From positions 32,061,277 through 32,125,276 of the forward strand of contig MU057352.1 in assembly GCA_013239625.1 (NCBI GenBank): a stretch of DNA of 64,000 nt, in the 5' to 3' direction. Below the pieces are notes generated by a model, which was not told where the DNA came from, made no database searches, and saw nothing but the letters and a program-made list of their open reading frames with translations. Shown here piece by piece: positions 11,046 to 24,360 of the stretch (position 1 is its first letter; each line of letters starts with the position of its first letter). This DNA is from Lama guanicoe. Lineage: Eukaryota. Both the position numbers and the translations under genes were made by a program.

Positions 11046-13994
11046 GTCCTCTTGGAGGTTCCAGAAGGGAAGACTTTGGGAGAAGGATGACCACTTAAAC
11101 CAGAGCATTCTAGAAAACTGGCACCCTCAGTGGGATGCAAAATGCCGTGGCGTTCTCAGAGTCGGGGGCAGATAGCCACGGGGAGAGCCCGAGCTGAGAC
11201 GAAGACGCGAGCCTTCGCAGGGGAGACGCAAAGGTCACGGGAAAACCCAAAACGTAGGCACAGCTTTGCGACCTGCGTGGAGAATCAGGTCAGGGACAAC
11301 CTAGAGAGGCTTCCTCGCGATTTACACAAAATTACAAACACGTGAAGCTTGTGAGAGAAGGGCTTCTGCAAGGGAGGACAGAGACTAGAGGTGCAAACTT
11401 TAGAGACCCCAGAAGCTTCTACAGAAGAACGCTGGTAACTTGGAACAGGAGCAATTATCCAGCACATCACTGGAGAAAGGTTTCCTGGACAGAAAGAGAG
11501 CAGAACAGAAAGGTTAAGAGGACCCAGCCTTTCCCAGACAAAATCAGAGAAGCCGCCCAGGCCTGGCGATTATGTTTCTGTTTATTTTATTTCAAGAGTG
11601 AATATGTCATCTTTTGGCAATCTGTCAGAAAAAAACATACACTGCCAAGGGACAAACGCGAGGTGCGTTTCTCATCTGCAGTAATAAACGCGAGTAGACC
11701 CTGGAGCTCAGCATGCAGATGTTTGAAGCAACTCCAGCTTTCGGTTCAGGGAAGGTTTCCAAGGGAGATGAACCCCAGACAGGTGAGAGCAGGTGTTCTG
11801 GGCAGAGCGTGCTGGGAGCCTGCCTGGAGGCGGTGAGTGTGGGGCGGACACTGGGGCGGTCGCTGTGTCCCGGAGCTCCAGAGCTGAGCAGGGGAGAGAG
11901 GGGGGCCCAGGGCAGCACCCGGGAGGGAGCGGGGGGAGAGTGGGCCGGTGCTGGGGCTGGAGGAGGGGATGGGAGGGACCCGAGACTCAGACTGGGCATT
12001 TGGGATGAAGGCCGCGGGCTCAGCCACGGTGGTCTCTGTGGCGTGAAGTAGCATCGAGGTGGGACTGTGGCTGCAGGGGCAGCCAGGGGAACCCGGTGGT
12101 AGGTCTGCTCTGGGATAAGAGGGCAAGATATCTGGCAGGGACCCCAAGCACTTGGGACCCCGGCCATTTCCACCCTTGTGTGGTCGCAGGTGTGCGGGGT
12201 CCCGCGGGGAGAGACACTCGCTTGTTAGCCTAAGCCGTTGGTCCTGAGCCCTGGGGAAATCTCTAGCTCTGGCGTCTGGGGCCTGACACCTGGCCGTCCC
12301 TGGGAATGCCTGGTGCCACTGGGCGGGGGCTGCGTGAGCGGGTGCGGGGCACATGGCTGCCACCATCCTGCTGCGTCCACGTCCAGTTTGCTAGTGGATG
12401 GTGACAGGCACTTCCCACTGAGCCCTAGTGTGGCTCCTTCCCTGCACAGTGGGCAGGCAGCCACGTCCAACTCAGCAGGGGGACAGACGACAGCAAGGCC
12501 ACTGGCCTTCCTGGTCCTCGGCCACACTGTACTTCAGTCCTCGACTCTCTGCCGTGACTTACGCTGACCTGCTGCAGAATCAGGTCCAGCCCTCCTGGGG
12601 CGGGGAGGGGATGCGGAAGACCTTTGCCAAAGGTTTGTCCCCGTGGACTTCTGGAGAGCAAGGTGGCCGGGTGGGTCTGGTGCCCTGAAGAATAAGAAGA
12701 CGGGCCATGAGGACAAGGAGCTTGGGGGCTTCAGCCAGTGGCCAGACAGAACTTGCAGTGGAGGGAGAGGGGGAGATGGCCACTCAGGGCGAGGGAACAG
12801 TGTGTGCTGAGACTCTGGGAGGGGCCCTGGGTGGGGAAACGCGGTGCCCGGTGCTTGAGGGGGTGAGGTCAGGGGAAGCCAGTGACAGGCCCCGCAGGGC
12901 CTGGGGGACAGAGCAAGAACACGAGTCCAGTTTGACAAGAGCCAGGATGCCCTGGAGGGACAAGAGGACCGGAGTCAAGCAATGTGAGTAAACTGTCACC
13001 CCATTAGAGATGGGAGAGGTGGCGGGCTGGAAGGAGGAGGCTACAGAATGTGTGGAGACACTGAGGGTGAGAGACGGAAGGCAGGGGTGGGCAGGACCCA
13101 GGGCCTGGCCTGGCCCCCAGAGGAGGTGGGGCACCCTCATGAGAGGCGGGGACAGGGGCCCAGCCAGCATGAGGGCGGGAGCCTCGCGGTCGGTCTCAGA
13201 CTTGAGCTGAGGGTACGTCCGGGTGCAGGTGTTCAGTAGACAGTCGGGCACAGCAGTGGAGGCCAGCAGAGGCGCTGGCTCCTGTTACTCAGAGGAGACC
13301 AGGACTGGGGTCATCTGTGGGGGCAAGAAGCCCTTCCGTCCTCTACCCTCAGGTCAGAGAAGTCCCCCAGAGCAAGAGGGACCACTCACCCCCGCCCCCA
13401 AACCGAGTGCCACCTGAGAGCTGTCTAGATCACCAGGTTGGCACAGGTGTCGTCCAGAGGCGACCGAGCACACGTCTGACCGCAGCTGCGCCTGTGCTGG
13501 GGCTTGTGCAGGGGGCAGCCGAGGGACGGGCCGCATCACCCTGAGCCCTGTGGCCCCTGCACCCTGATGGTGGCCCGTCTCTCCAGCCCCCCAGGGCCCT
13601 CAGCCCTCCCAAGGCTCCCACATCCCCCACGGCTCTTACCAGCCCCCTGGGGTTCCCACCACCCCCGTGGCTCCCCCAGCCCCCCCGCCAGGGCTCGCAC
13701 CCCCTTGGCCGATTTCCCAGGTTCCCGTTCAGACTGGCAGCAGCAGGCAGACATCCCAGGAGGGCTCTGGAGGCAGGAAGCGGCTCTGCTCGTGGACCAC
13801 CCAGCTGGCACCAAGTTCGCCACCAATTACGGCGTGCGCCTGGCTGGGTTTCCCTCTCTGTGTGGTCAACACTCCCAACCTTTCCCGGGGACCAGAGGTC
13901 ACAGCTGAACCAATTAATTTGAACCAGTCCGTTCCACACTCACTACCTCCCCACACCGGGCTCCCCTCCGAGTCAGCAGTCTGTCTTCACTGGG

Positions 13995-14150
13995 AGTCTG
14001 ACGGATGGGCTGTGCATCACTGTTTTATTTGATTTTACTTTTTCGCCTGCCCTCTGCAGGGGATGAGATGCGGAGGGGGGCGCCAGTTCCCCCTGGGGGA
14101 ATAATTAAAGCTCTCTGGTTCTGAGCAAGATTTAACGAGGCTAATGGTCC
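13995..14150. promoter_or_regulatory. Candidate regulatory island
   Basis: AT-rich non-repeat block with gttttatttgatttta, aataattaa and gctaatgg motifs. Confidence 0.3.
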
Positions 14151-14384
14151 CAGCCGTGCCCACCCCAGCGAGGGCGCCAGGCTCAGAGCCACTCGCGGCC
14201 ACCCATGGCCACCATGAGAGCCATGGACGCAGGCCCCTCTCCTATGAGAGCCATGGTCCGTGTCTGCGGCGAAGGACGCTAGTGGACATTTACTTACGTC
14301 CCAGGTTAGAGTGGAGGGTGTCGGCACCAGCCCCTCTGCTGAGCCTCACAGCCCAGTGGTGACCCTCGACCCCTCGAAGAGTTC

Positions 14385-14960
14385 GCCTGAGACTTATGTT
14401 TAAGAATTATTTCAAAGGTTTAACCTAATAACATTAATTTAAATACTTCCATATTTTTAGGAGTTATTATTTGTTAACCAAGGGCCAGGCCTCTGCCAGG
14501 TTGTCCTCTTCTTGCGATGCCCGTGGGAAGACACCAGGACTCACCCGGGGACACGTCCCGTCCTGCCTCAGCCGCTGCCCCGGGCCACCCAGGCCCTCTG
14601 ATAAGGTGGCCCTCTCAAGATGCCCCCAAGCCAAGGGTGGCGCGGAAAACTGGATGTCCAGAGCCGTGAGGTTTTCCTCTTGATGTGATATATGCAATAA
14701 AATAAAATGACTTGCCGGCGTTGCAACGTCTGGTACACAAAAGCTGCCGTATTACTCTCAGACTTTTAAACCAGGACTCAGTGCCATTTGTGCGGAAAGG
14801 AACAGAGGGAGAATATTGTCAGAGAGAAAACTGTGTTATTATTTTTTTTTTGCTTATTTCAGCAAACACTTTAGAGCTCTGAATTTGCCCTCATTTTTTC
14901 ATTCTGTAAAACCTTCAAGATAATTAATTTATTTATTTAAGAACGTTATTTAATTTCCTC
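14385..14960. promoter_or_regulatory. Candidate conserved non-coding element(s)
   Basis: Two AT-rich non-repeat blocks (14390-14480, 14680-14960) with ttcaaag, cattaatt, gcaataaaa, gcaaaca and taattaat motifs. Confidence 0.35.
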
Positions 14961-15523
14961 ACACCATGCACGCCTCTGCACAGCTTTGCGTAAGTGTGAG
15001 CGTGCGCCTGCTTGGCAGGCTTCACTCCCCGTCGCGGGATGCGCCCAGGCCCGGCCTCCGCCACAGCCCCGCGGCCGTGTGTTCGCTGCACCGCTAGCCA
15101 CCAGCACCTGGGAGGTGCTTCCGGTTACACCTTGGATGACGTTTTTCACCTCCTCTCCCCAGGCCCCTCCACCTGTGAGTGGGGTCAGCGCCAGCACCAA
15201 CTCCCAGGGCGGCTGTGTAGACAGGGTGATACAGCGGGTGTGGCCTCACACAGTGCCTGCGTGGGGAGCCCCCAAACCTTAAATCTCAGTTCCCAGCTTC
15301 TGTGGCTTGTGGCACCAGGAGAGAGCACCGGGCCGCTCGTCCTCACGCGCCCACCACATAGTGCCCCTCGCCGTCCAGGGGCTGAAGCCCCGTTTAATTG
15401 GGTTTAAAGTATCAATGCCCTGGGCACGTGTGAAGTACCACACGGTCAGTGAGCTTTAGATGTCACTCCTGGAGGAAGCAAGAAAGCAGGAGCCAGCGTG
15501 CCGGGCATCCGTGCTGGGGGGGG

Positions 15524-16024
15524 GACAGTGTCACCTGGCGGATATGTCACGAGAGTCTTGGTTCCATGTAAGATGGTCTAAGAGCTGCCGCAGGAGCCCC
15601 AGATTTCATTGTTGTGTCAAGACAGGCACAGGGCAGGCACTGCCTCTGCTCCCAGAACATTCCTCAGCCCAGAGGGTTGGGCTCCCCGGGTCGGCAGCGC
15701 CCCCGCCCCCACCCCGCCAGCCAGCCCTGCCTCCCTCTCCCCCTCCCGCTGCTGCTCCAGCACGACAGCTCCAAGACAGTGTCACCTGGCGGATATGTCA
15801 CGAGAGTCTTGGTTCCATGTAAGATGGTCTAAGAGCTGCCGCAGGAGCCCCAGATTTCATTGTTGTGTCAAGACAGGCACAGGGCAGGCACTGCCTCTGC
15901 TCCCAGAACATTCCTCAGCCCAGAGGGTTGGGCTCCCCGGGTCGGCAGCGCCCCCGCCCCCACCCCGCCAGCCAGCCCTGCCTCCCTCTCCCCCTCCGGG
16001 TGCTGATCCAGCACGACAGCTCCA
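15524..16024 (+). repeat. Two-copy tandem duplication, 251-bp period
   Basis: 15524-15773 and 15775-16024 are identical except for 3 substitutions near the 3' end of the unit. Confidence 0.97.
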
Positions 16025-16804
16025 GCCGGAGTCTGTCTCCAAAGAGCAAAGCCCACGCTATTTCACTCCATCACGCTCTGCCCAGGCTTACCGCCTCCCC
16101 GACCTTCACGTGGTGACGGCCCTGCCATCTACGCTCGGGCTGGAGACCCCAGCACCACCCCTTTCCTCTCTGCTCGCCACTGCCCGGAGTGTTACCCAGG
16201 CACTGGCTTTTCGCCCCGGCGCCCCCCAGGCTCCCTGCTGCCGGTCAGTGAGCATCTAACCCTGTGTTTTTGCATAAAGAACCCCCACACCTGGCATCTT
16301 GTGGCAGGGCCCCTGTCCACCCCCACCTTCCCTACCTGTCCTCTCCCTCAGCCAGTCCCCACCCTGCCCAGCCACGCCGACCATCTCCCAGGGCAGAAAA
16401 GACCCCCTCTGCTCTCATCAGCCCTCCCCCCTGGACATCTTCACTCCCAGCCCTCCCCTCACCCCTCTGTCGTTCTCTCCAGAAGGCACCCCCCGGCCCC
16501 AGGACCAGTGCCCAGCCCTTGGCTGCGGGGGCACCTCCGAGTAAGGGCCAGGCGCTGTCACACGGCTCACAGATTTGATGCTGTCCCTGCCCCATCTTTT
16601 AGGTCCACCCAGGAGGCCCAGGACCTTCGCCAGGCCAGCCAGGGGCAGAGTTAACAGCACCGACCGGAGCCGACTTCCCACCGAGCGCTGACAGTTCTGC
16701 GACTCACGTTTGCCCCTCATGCAACCAGCGCGGAAGGGGTTCTCCCCACTTTCCAGGGGAGACCGAGGCACATGGCAGCCGGGGCAGGGGCAGGGTCTGA
16801 CCGT

Positions 16805-17110
16805 GGCTATCTGTCCAGAGCGGTGCCGGCCGCGTTGCCACTTAGATTGTCCTGGTAGCTGCAGGTCAAAAGGTGAAGAGAGACAAGTGAAATTCATTTC
16901 AATGCTGTTTCCTTGAACTTAGTACATTCAAAACACTACCGTTTAGACATTTAATCAATATGAAGATGGAGACACTTCACACTCTGTTTTTCACTAAGTG
17001 TTGGAAAGATGGCGTGTGTTTTACACCCACAACACAACTCGTTTGGGACCAGCTACGTGTCAGGGGTCAGCACCCACACGGGCTTGGGGCTGCCGCAGCG
17101 GACAGTGCAG
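16805..17110 (+). mobile_element. MER33 (hAT-Charlie)
   Basis: gacaagtgaaattcatttcaat...catttaatcaatatgaaga...cactaagtgttggaaagatggcgtgtgttttacacccacaacaca...ggacagtgcag matches MER33 as recalled. Confidence 0.8.
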
Positions 17111-17469
17111 GGCCAGCCGGGTGGCCACGAGCGCAGGTGCGGCAAGCATGAGAACGAGTGGCCGGTGAGCGCTGGACTGAGGGTCAGTTCCCACCCCCAT
17201 TCTGCTCTTTCCCGGCCTGGGTTCCCATGCATCCCTGGGCTGTTCCCGATTTCTCTCCCAGCCTCCGGAGTCCAGCCAGGTGCACATGATAGGGGCTCAG
17301 AAGGCAATCCAACACGCACTGAATCGGGGGTGCCGGACTGCCTCCACGCCTGGAGGTGCGGGCCCGTGCGTGGCGGGCCCGGGACCCGGGTCCCAGCGCT
17401 CGGCGTGTAAGATGGCTGGTCCGCAGCTGCCCTCGGGTTGGCTCCAGAACCATGCGTTACCATCAAGGC

Positions 17470-17690
17470 AGACGCGTCTGTAACATTTAGATTCTTTCTT
17501 CGGAAGCTGTGGCTTCCACAATTCAATAAACATCAGAGCAAAGGTTATTTTAAACCCCGCAGTTAAATCGACATGGTGATATATTGGTCTGACGACTCTT
17601 TTTATGAAATTACCTCTGAAATGTTCTGTTTTGATTTCAGGAGACTCATGTCAGCTCTATTCCTCCTTGAACTTTATAACCTGCTCTGCA
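17470..17690. promoter_or_regulatory. Candidate conserved non-coding element
   Basis: AT-rich non-repeat block with FOX ATAAACA 17526-17532, a TTTATGA site and a good + strand splice acceptor ending at 17640. Confidence 0.4.
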
Positions 17691-19087
17691 GACTGCGTGC
17701 ACCTGCCCACGGTTCTGGAAGCTTCTCCAGGGCCTCCGGCCTGCAGCGCCCTTTCTGACCCCAGCTGTGGGTGGGGGGCGCGTGGGTGGCGGCTGGGGAG
17801 CCGTGAGCTGGCTGTTGGATGACGCACCTGGCGGGTCCTCTCAGAGGAGCCCGGGGCCCTCTCCACCCCCACCCGCTCCTCCTGGGTGTTTGTGGAGCTT
17901 CCAGGCCGACCTGCAGCTCAGCCCTCCCACGTCCCTCCCACAGTCAGGTTCTCTCCCCGAGGCGCCTGTGGAGGGTGATGAAAATTGCCCGGGGCTCTCC
18001 TGCGCTCACTGCAGGCGAGGCAGGAGAAGGTACAGCTGCTCCGTGCGCGTCACCTGCAGGGCCTCTAATTAGGGCTCCGCTGACAGCCCCAGAGGTTCGG
18101 GAGCTGAGGAGGCCGGGACAGGGGAAGGAGGAGACCGCCCTGGTTCCTCCGTGTTCAGGCCTGAACAGCGGCTGAGCCGGAGCTTGAGCGCCCCGCCACG
18201 TGACCCCAGAGAGCTCTGACCCCCCTGGCTGCAGCCCCGCAGTTCGGCTCAGTCCTCACCTTCTGGAAAAAACACGCCAGCTGCCCCGGCCTGTGCCTGC
18301 ATCACCAGGATGGATGCAGCGTGGCTACACCACTCTGCGCCCAGGTCCTCCGACCAGGGTACAAGCCTGCGGGCCTGGATCACTTGCGCTGAGTCACTGG
18401 CCGCTCACGGGTGGGACGTGGGGGCTCCGGGCTGTCTGAGCAGCGGGTCTTGGGGAGTGAGATGAGATGACGTCCGTCCTGGACACCCATCAATCCCGCG
18501 CTCCAGGCGCGGGTAGTAGGCGCTCTGCAAAGTGATGCTGGAGGCGGGTCTTCACAGGGACAGGCAGGCGTGCGGAGCGGAGCAGAGCCGCGCTCAGTAC
18601 CTGAAGGCTCGCAGCTGCAGCGGGCAAGCCCTCCCCGTCACCTGACAGCCTGTGTGGCTCTCCACACCCCACGTCTTCCCGCGGGAGCTTCTGCTCATTT
18701 TCCTGACCCGGCGCCAAGCCCCAGGGTCCCCAGGAGGGGCTCAGCTAGTGTCCAGCAAGGACGCCGAGTGGGTGAAAGGAAGCAGTGGACAAAGGGCAGC
18801 ACGGAAGCTGACGGACCTCGGGGTGGCCCGCTGAGCCATCCTCCCTCAGAGCCCCCAGGGGCCCAGCTCTCAGGTGGAGTCCAGATGCCAGCCCTACGGA
18901 GCTCCAGTGGGAGCTAGGGAGCCCCGAGGTGGGGCAGCTCGGCCAGCCACATGGGCCAGGCGTGACCAGTGAGAGGGGACAGGAAAGGGGGATCCAGGCC
19001 CCCCAAAGAATCCTCTGGCCCAGGTTCTCTCTGACTCCGAAACCACCCCTCCTCCCATGTTCTGCCCTGTTATCTGCTCTCCCCTCC

Positions 19088-19240
19088 CCGGGGCTCTCAC
19101 CCAGGGCACTACTGACATCTGGGGCTGGCCTGCACACTGGGGGTGTCGGGCAGCATCCCTGGCCTCCACCAGAGATGCCTGCAGATCCCCTGCCCCAGAT
19201 GTGACAACCAAAAATGTCTCCACCACCCCCAGGGGCACAG
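19088..19240 (-). mobile_element. MER20 (hAT-Charlie)
   Basis: gcagcatccctggcctc...gtgacaaccaaaaatgtctcca is the reverse complement of the MER20 core. Confidence 0.85.
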
Positions 19241-19779
19241 GCATTTCCCTGGGGTTCCCTGCTTGCCCTAGTGGTTATGGTGCCAGCAGGTGTTCTCTGG
19301 GTCTTTGAGCAGGCACTGCACCCGCGTGGAGCCAGGTGCCTGTGCCCAGCCACCAATGATGGTAGTAACAGCCGCAGCTGGCTCCACCCTGTACCACACC
19401 CTGTCCTGGGCACTCGTGTGCATGGCCGTCACCACAGCCCTGCGGGGTGGGGCTTACTGCCATCCCACTTCACGAATTTTCACTGGCGTGTTCCACAGAC
19501 CTCACCCTCAGACCTTCTGCTCCGTCGGGTCTGGGAAGGGCCCCAGGAGACCCCACCTCAGGGACCAGAAACCCACTCTGGGCCCTTATCGGGGCGAAGG
19601 CACAGAGCTGGTTACAATGTGAGGGTGCGGTGCCCCCGCCCTCCCCTGCCCTGGGCTCTGGCCCATCCCGTCACTCCACAGCTGCTCCAAGTCTTACCCA
19701 CTGTAAGTAGATGTCCCTAAGAGCACGCCTCTTCCCTGTGGCCCCTCTGCTCCTCGTGGCAGCCATGAAGGGGAGGGAG

Positions 19780-20120
19780 AGTCCGTGCCCGCTAATTGTA
19801 GGTTCTGCAGACGCAGAACGCCGGTGCCTGACTTCTGAAACCGGCTTATTATCCATCAGAGCCGTGACGGGCCCCTGTCCACAGCCAGGCTCCACCAGGG
19901 CCATTGTCACACTGTGCTGCCATCTCTGTGTTGCTTTTCAGCTGATAATTCCTTAAAGAGCGAGCCAATAGGCATTTAATATCGTTTGCTCAAATGAACA
20001 GTTCCCCCAGCAAATAATAATAATAAAAAAAAGTCCCCAAGAAGCCAATTAGATGCTGCGGCTTGTCTCCAGCGACGGCCTTTTTAATAGCCGCCCTTTT
20101 CACAAGTGTAGCTGTGCCAC
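19780..20120. promoter_or_regulatory. Candidate conserved non-coding element
   Basis: Non-repeat block with ctaattg, cattgt, tgataa, agccaat (twice), ccaatta and caagtg motifs. Confidence 0.4.
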
Positions 20121-20589
20121 CCAGACGGAAAGCCGGGCCCCCACTGCCGCTGACGTGCAAGTAGACGCGGGCGCTGGCATGCGTAACAGCCCACTGCTAC
20201 CAGCAGGGCCTGGAAACCCGGCGGGAGCGCTTCCGATAAAGCGGCAGTTTGTGGAAGAGACTTTTCTAGAGAGAATGGGGATGGGGGCGGGAGGAGGCAA
20301 AGCCAAGAGACCTTCCACGGTCAAGAAGCAGATCAAGCCTCCGGGGGAAGCTCGGCTTCCCACAAGGAAGCAAACCCCATCCCCTAGCTTCTCTGCAGGA
20401 TGCTGGGGGTCGCCCTGCGGGCTGAATCCCCGCCAGCGCCCCAGCCTCCACGCTTAGCTGCGGGGCACACAATCCCCTCTCAGGGCCTGGTCGCCTCCAG
20501 GCATCTTCTCTCAGAGAGGGCGTGGACTCAGAGGGTTTGCATAGAGATCTGGGCCCAGGGACCCCTCAGGCAGGATCCTGAGCGCCCTG

Positions 20590-20765
20590 GTGACGAGGGT
20601 CTGGAGCTGTCTGTGGAGTCAGACCTGCGGGAGGGGTGCTCCTGGCATCTCAGGGTGGGAGAGGCCAGGGGTGCTTCTCAGCACCCTGCAGTGCTCAGGA
20701 CGGTTCTCCATAAGGACCCACCCATCCCAGACGTCCACAGAAGGAGGTTGAGACTGAGAAACTTC
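20590..20765 (+). mobile_element. MER20 relic
   Basis: ggggtgctcctggcatct...gaggccaggggtgct...caccctgcagtgctcaggac...tgagaaac matches the MER20 forward strand. Confidence 0.7.
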
Positions 20766-22049
20766 GCTGCGTGCTGGCCCGCCACAGTGGACCCCACAGA
20801 TCATCCTTCTAACCACCCTGCACTTGCAGAGGGGACGCGGAGCTCCAGGGTGGGGCATGGACTTGCCCTGACAGTCTTGACGGCAGAGACAGCGCAGAGT
20901 GAAAGCGATGCCCCGGCGGACCCCTCACCCGTGACCCTCCCTCTGCAGGTGTTCCTGGAGTCCACGGTGACTTGTGTGAAACGGAGAAAGCAGCACAGTG
21001 GTTTCAGAACCTTCACCGAAGGGCCTCGTGCCAGGCCGGCCTTCGCTGGGGCTCTGCCAGGGTCTTTAGACGCAAAGCCGGCAGGAACAAGCCAAGGACA
21101 CAGACATCACATATCAAAAATTAGGGACCAGAGATTCCAAGAAGTTGAGTGACAAGCCCAGATCACACAGCTCGAAAATTGCCCAGCAGAGCTTCAGGGA
21201 AGTCGGTCTAACCCCAAGGCTTGTGGAGGACGGCCCCTGGGTTATGGGCCCTGCTCCTGGCAGGGCTGCAGGCCCTCCCCGTTACAGCCGCCCCTCCGCA
21301 GATCCCCACTCTCCTCCCCGGGTTCTGGATAACTCTGCAGCACCCTCCCTCCCTCCCCCTGCAGGGCAATCCCACAGGCTCCTGGGTCCCGGGCCCTGTG
21401 CCCCCGAGAAAGGCTTCTGCCCGGGACACTCCTTCTCCTGGAGACACAAATAGCTAAAAAGCACGTGGAGGGCTGGAGAGGCTGCAGAGCTGGGCACCAG
21501 CCTTGGAGCCCAAGGCCCTGCCCAGGCCTCTCGGGCCCTGCGCCCCCTCCCCGGAGGCCTGTGCCACCCCAGGTGAGGGCCCTGGCCCTGCAGGTGGCGG
21601 CCGGAGGGGCTGGTGTGGCAGCCGCCAGGGCCGGTGGCGCTGGCGCAGGGCCAGTTGGTTTGGGGGTCGCAGGCCGAGGGGGATCTTTCACCCCTGAGCT
21701 CCATCTTCCTTTGTGTTTGTAAACCCTGCTTCTCAGTAACAAACGCAGCCCTGCCCAAAGCAGGAGACGATCAGAGCTCTAGCCCCGGCCCCAGGTGCTG
21801 GGAGAAGCTGGTTGGTCCTGGGGGCTCGGAGATAAGCAAGGCACATAGGCTCCGGCTTCCCACAGTCACTCGGGCTGACGGCCCAGGCTGGGAGGGGAGG
21901 GAGGGACAGCGCATGACCCCGCCCTGCCAGCACTGTGGCCCCGGGGCACTGCCAGGGTGTTGGCAGGGCAAAGGGGGCGCAGTGGTACTTGGCTGGAGAC
22001 CAGCTCCTACCTGCCCGGCCCCAGGACTCACCGTGCATGGGCCAACCTA

Positions 22050-22150
22050 GACCACTCCCTCTGTGTGGATGGGGAAACTGAGGCCCAGGGAACAGCATGC
22101 CTGAGACCACAGAGCAAGTCAGGGGCAGACCCAGGGTGGATTTAGTGACC
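22050..22150 (-). mobile_element. MIR fragment
   Basis: gatggggaaactgaggcccagg core. Confidence 0.6.
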
Positions 22151-22486
22151 CAGCGCTTCCCCATCACCCTGGACTCAGTGGGGCATGTCCGGCCTCGGGC
22201 CAGGCTTCAGGAGGCTGGAGCCGTGAAGCCATGAGCCCCAGGGCATCCATCTCATTGTGGAGGCGCTGACCTCCCCAGAGGGCTCTGACAGCCGCAGGTG
22301 GGTTGCGACAGTGCGCTGACCGCACACCCAGAGGCAGCTCCACCCCAGACCTTGAGTCCTGGTCTGTGGCCGACACCAGGACGACTCACGCTGCAGAGTC
22401 TCCTGCTGGGATGCAGCTCTGACTCCAGTGACTCCACCACGAGAGGGGCGGAAGCCAGGGGTCCCCTGCTTGTCGGACACTGAGGG

Positions 22487-22600
22487 CACACACATGCACA
22501 CGGCACACGTACCTACACACGCACACTCAGGAGTGTGAGTGTGCACGTGTACGCAGGGGCACACACGCACATGCCTGCACCCGTGCACACACACGCACAC
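22487..22600. repeat. Degenerate (CA)n purine-pyrimidine alternating tract
   Basis: cacacacatgcacacggcacacgtacctacacacgcacac... seen directly. Confidence 0.7.
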
Positions 22601-23779
22601 TCTCCCCCAGAGGCACTCCCGTCCCAGGGTACAGTGTCTTCACGCCACCAGGGGTCCAGCCAACATTGACCCTCAGCCCCACACTCTGGGGCTCTCCCCT
22701 CCCTCCTCTCAAAGCTCGTGTCCAGCCGCTGAGACCTGGGTCCTTCCGCGAGCTCCCGCCCGCTGGAAAGCCCCCAGCTCCAGCCCGCGGAACCGCAGCA
22801 CCCGTGACAGGTGCGCGCCCCAGGAGGCAGCAGTGCCCGGCGCTGCGGGCCTCTGTCCACCACCAGCGGCAGGATCTCGAGGTTTAGAAAGCGCTGGCCC
22901 GGAATCCTGGCTTCTCTGCTTCTCTTTGTGTTTCCTCTCGGAAACAGAGCGACAATATGTTCTCCCAGGAAGAGCAGACGCGTGCTCCCCGTGAGGCGCT
23001 GTGCACAGATCAGGGCTTGTAATTGATGCCGCCACCCCCCACCACATGTCCCTGCCCCACCACGGTGGCAGACCCTGCCCCCGGGAGCCCTGGATGAGCC
23101 GCCGTGGCAGATGGAGGGAGGGAGGCGAGCACGGCGAGAGCCCGGGCCTGGCCTGGATCCATCTGTCCTGCTCCAGCTTCTTGTCTGCCGGCCACACGTT
23201 CAGACACTCAGCCACGTCAGCATTCTGCAAAATGCCAGCTCGAGCAGGGGACCCTCGGGCTGTCGTTGCTGCCAACCATCTGATTTTGACATATTCTGGC
23301 AGCCTGAGTGCTCTGGAGCTTCATTTGCATACGGGAGAGTCCAGAGAACACAGGAGGGACGCGCAAAGCGTCCGCTTTGCTGCGGTGATTTTGGGAGGGC
23401 ACAGGCTGGGGGCTCAGGGGCCATCTCGTCCCCGCCTCCCAGCAGCTCCGCATGCCTTCCCAGGGAGTGCCAGCCCGGCTTTGCCGCAGTCCTCCTGGGG
23501 GCAGGAGCCCGACTGCGTCTCAGTGCAGCAGCCCCTCTCCCGGATGCCTCGGCTCTGAAAGCCTTCCTTCTATTAAGCCATCATTCTGTCCCTTAGGACA
23601 GGTCTGCCCTTCTGCCCTGCCCATCCAGACAAAATAGGGGGCATCAGGTGTAGGCGGCCAGAGAGGGAACCCCAGCCGCCCAAACGTAGTCGGAAAATAC
23701 TTGACCTAGGAAGGTCCTAGGAAGGCAGCCTCACACAGAAGCCCATGTAGGTCATGGAGACAAACTTATATTTCCCTGT

Positions 23780-24360
23780 TGTGTTGGTGAGGACTCTGCT
23801 GCAAGTGACAGCAATCAAATTAAAATTGGCTTTGCATGGGGGAAAAAAGGAAAGAAAAAAAAGGAATGCTTCAGCTCAGACTACAGCTAAAAAGTCGAAG
23901 GTATCTCTCCTTCAGGCATAGCTGGATCCAGGAGCTAAGGTGATGTCTTCCGAACCTGTCTCACCCCCTCTCTGACTGTTTCCGTCCACGTTAGCTCCAC
24001 TTTCAGGCCCCACCAAGGGCAAGTGGCCTTAGCAGCTCAAAGCCCACGTCTCTTCAGTTCAAATGCAACAGAAAATTAAGTGGAAGTCTCTCCCCTCGAA
24101 CGTTTGAGACTTGAAACTAACTCACTGTTTCAGAGGACCCGTGCCCATCCTTGCAGCAGCCAAGGGGTGAAGTCAGAGGCTGGTCTAATTGGAGGCCAAA
24201 CAGACCACCCTTGGGTCCCCAGTGCTGGCTGCCCCCAGGCTCTTGGCAGAAGGAGGGGGGTTGGCCAGATGCCAGCAGCCCAGCCCAGTCCAATACCAGC
24301 TCTGAGTCCACGCACACCAGGTGTGGATCCGGTGATGGAGACAGAATGAATGGCAGAATT
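23780..24360 (-). mobile_element. MLT1K/L-like ERVL-MaLR LTR
   Basis: aggactctgctgcaagtgacagcaatcaaattaaaattggcttt...cttcaggcatagctggatccaggagctaaggtgatgtc is characteristic of reverse MLT1K. Confidence 0.75.

Noticed and set aside
14205-14256. atgagagccatgg repeated twice
   Set aside because: Short 13-bp local repeat with no further structure.
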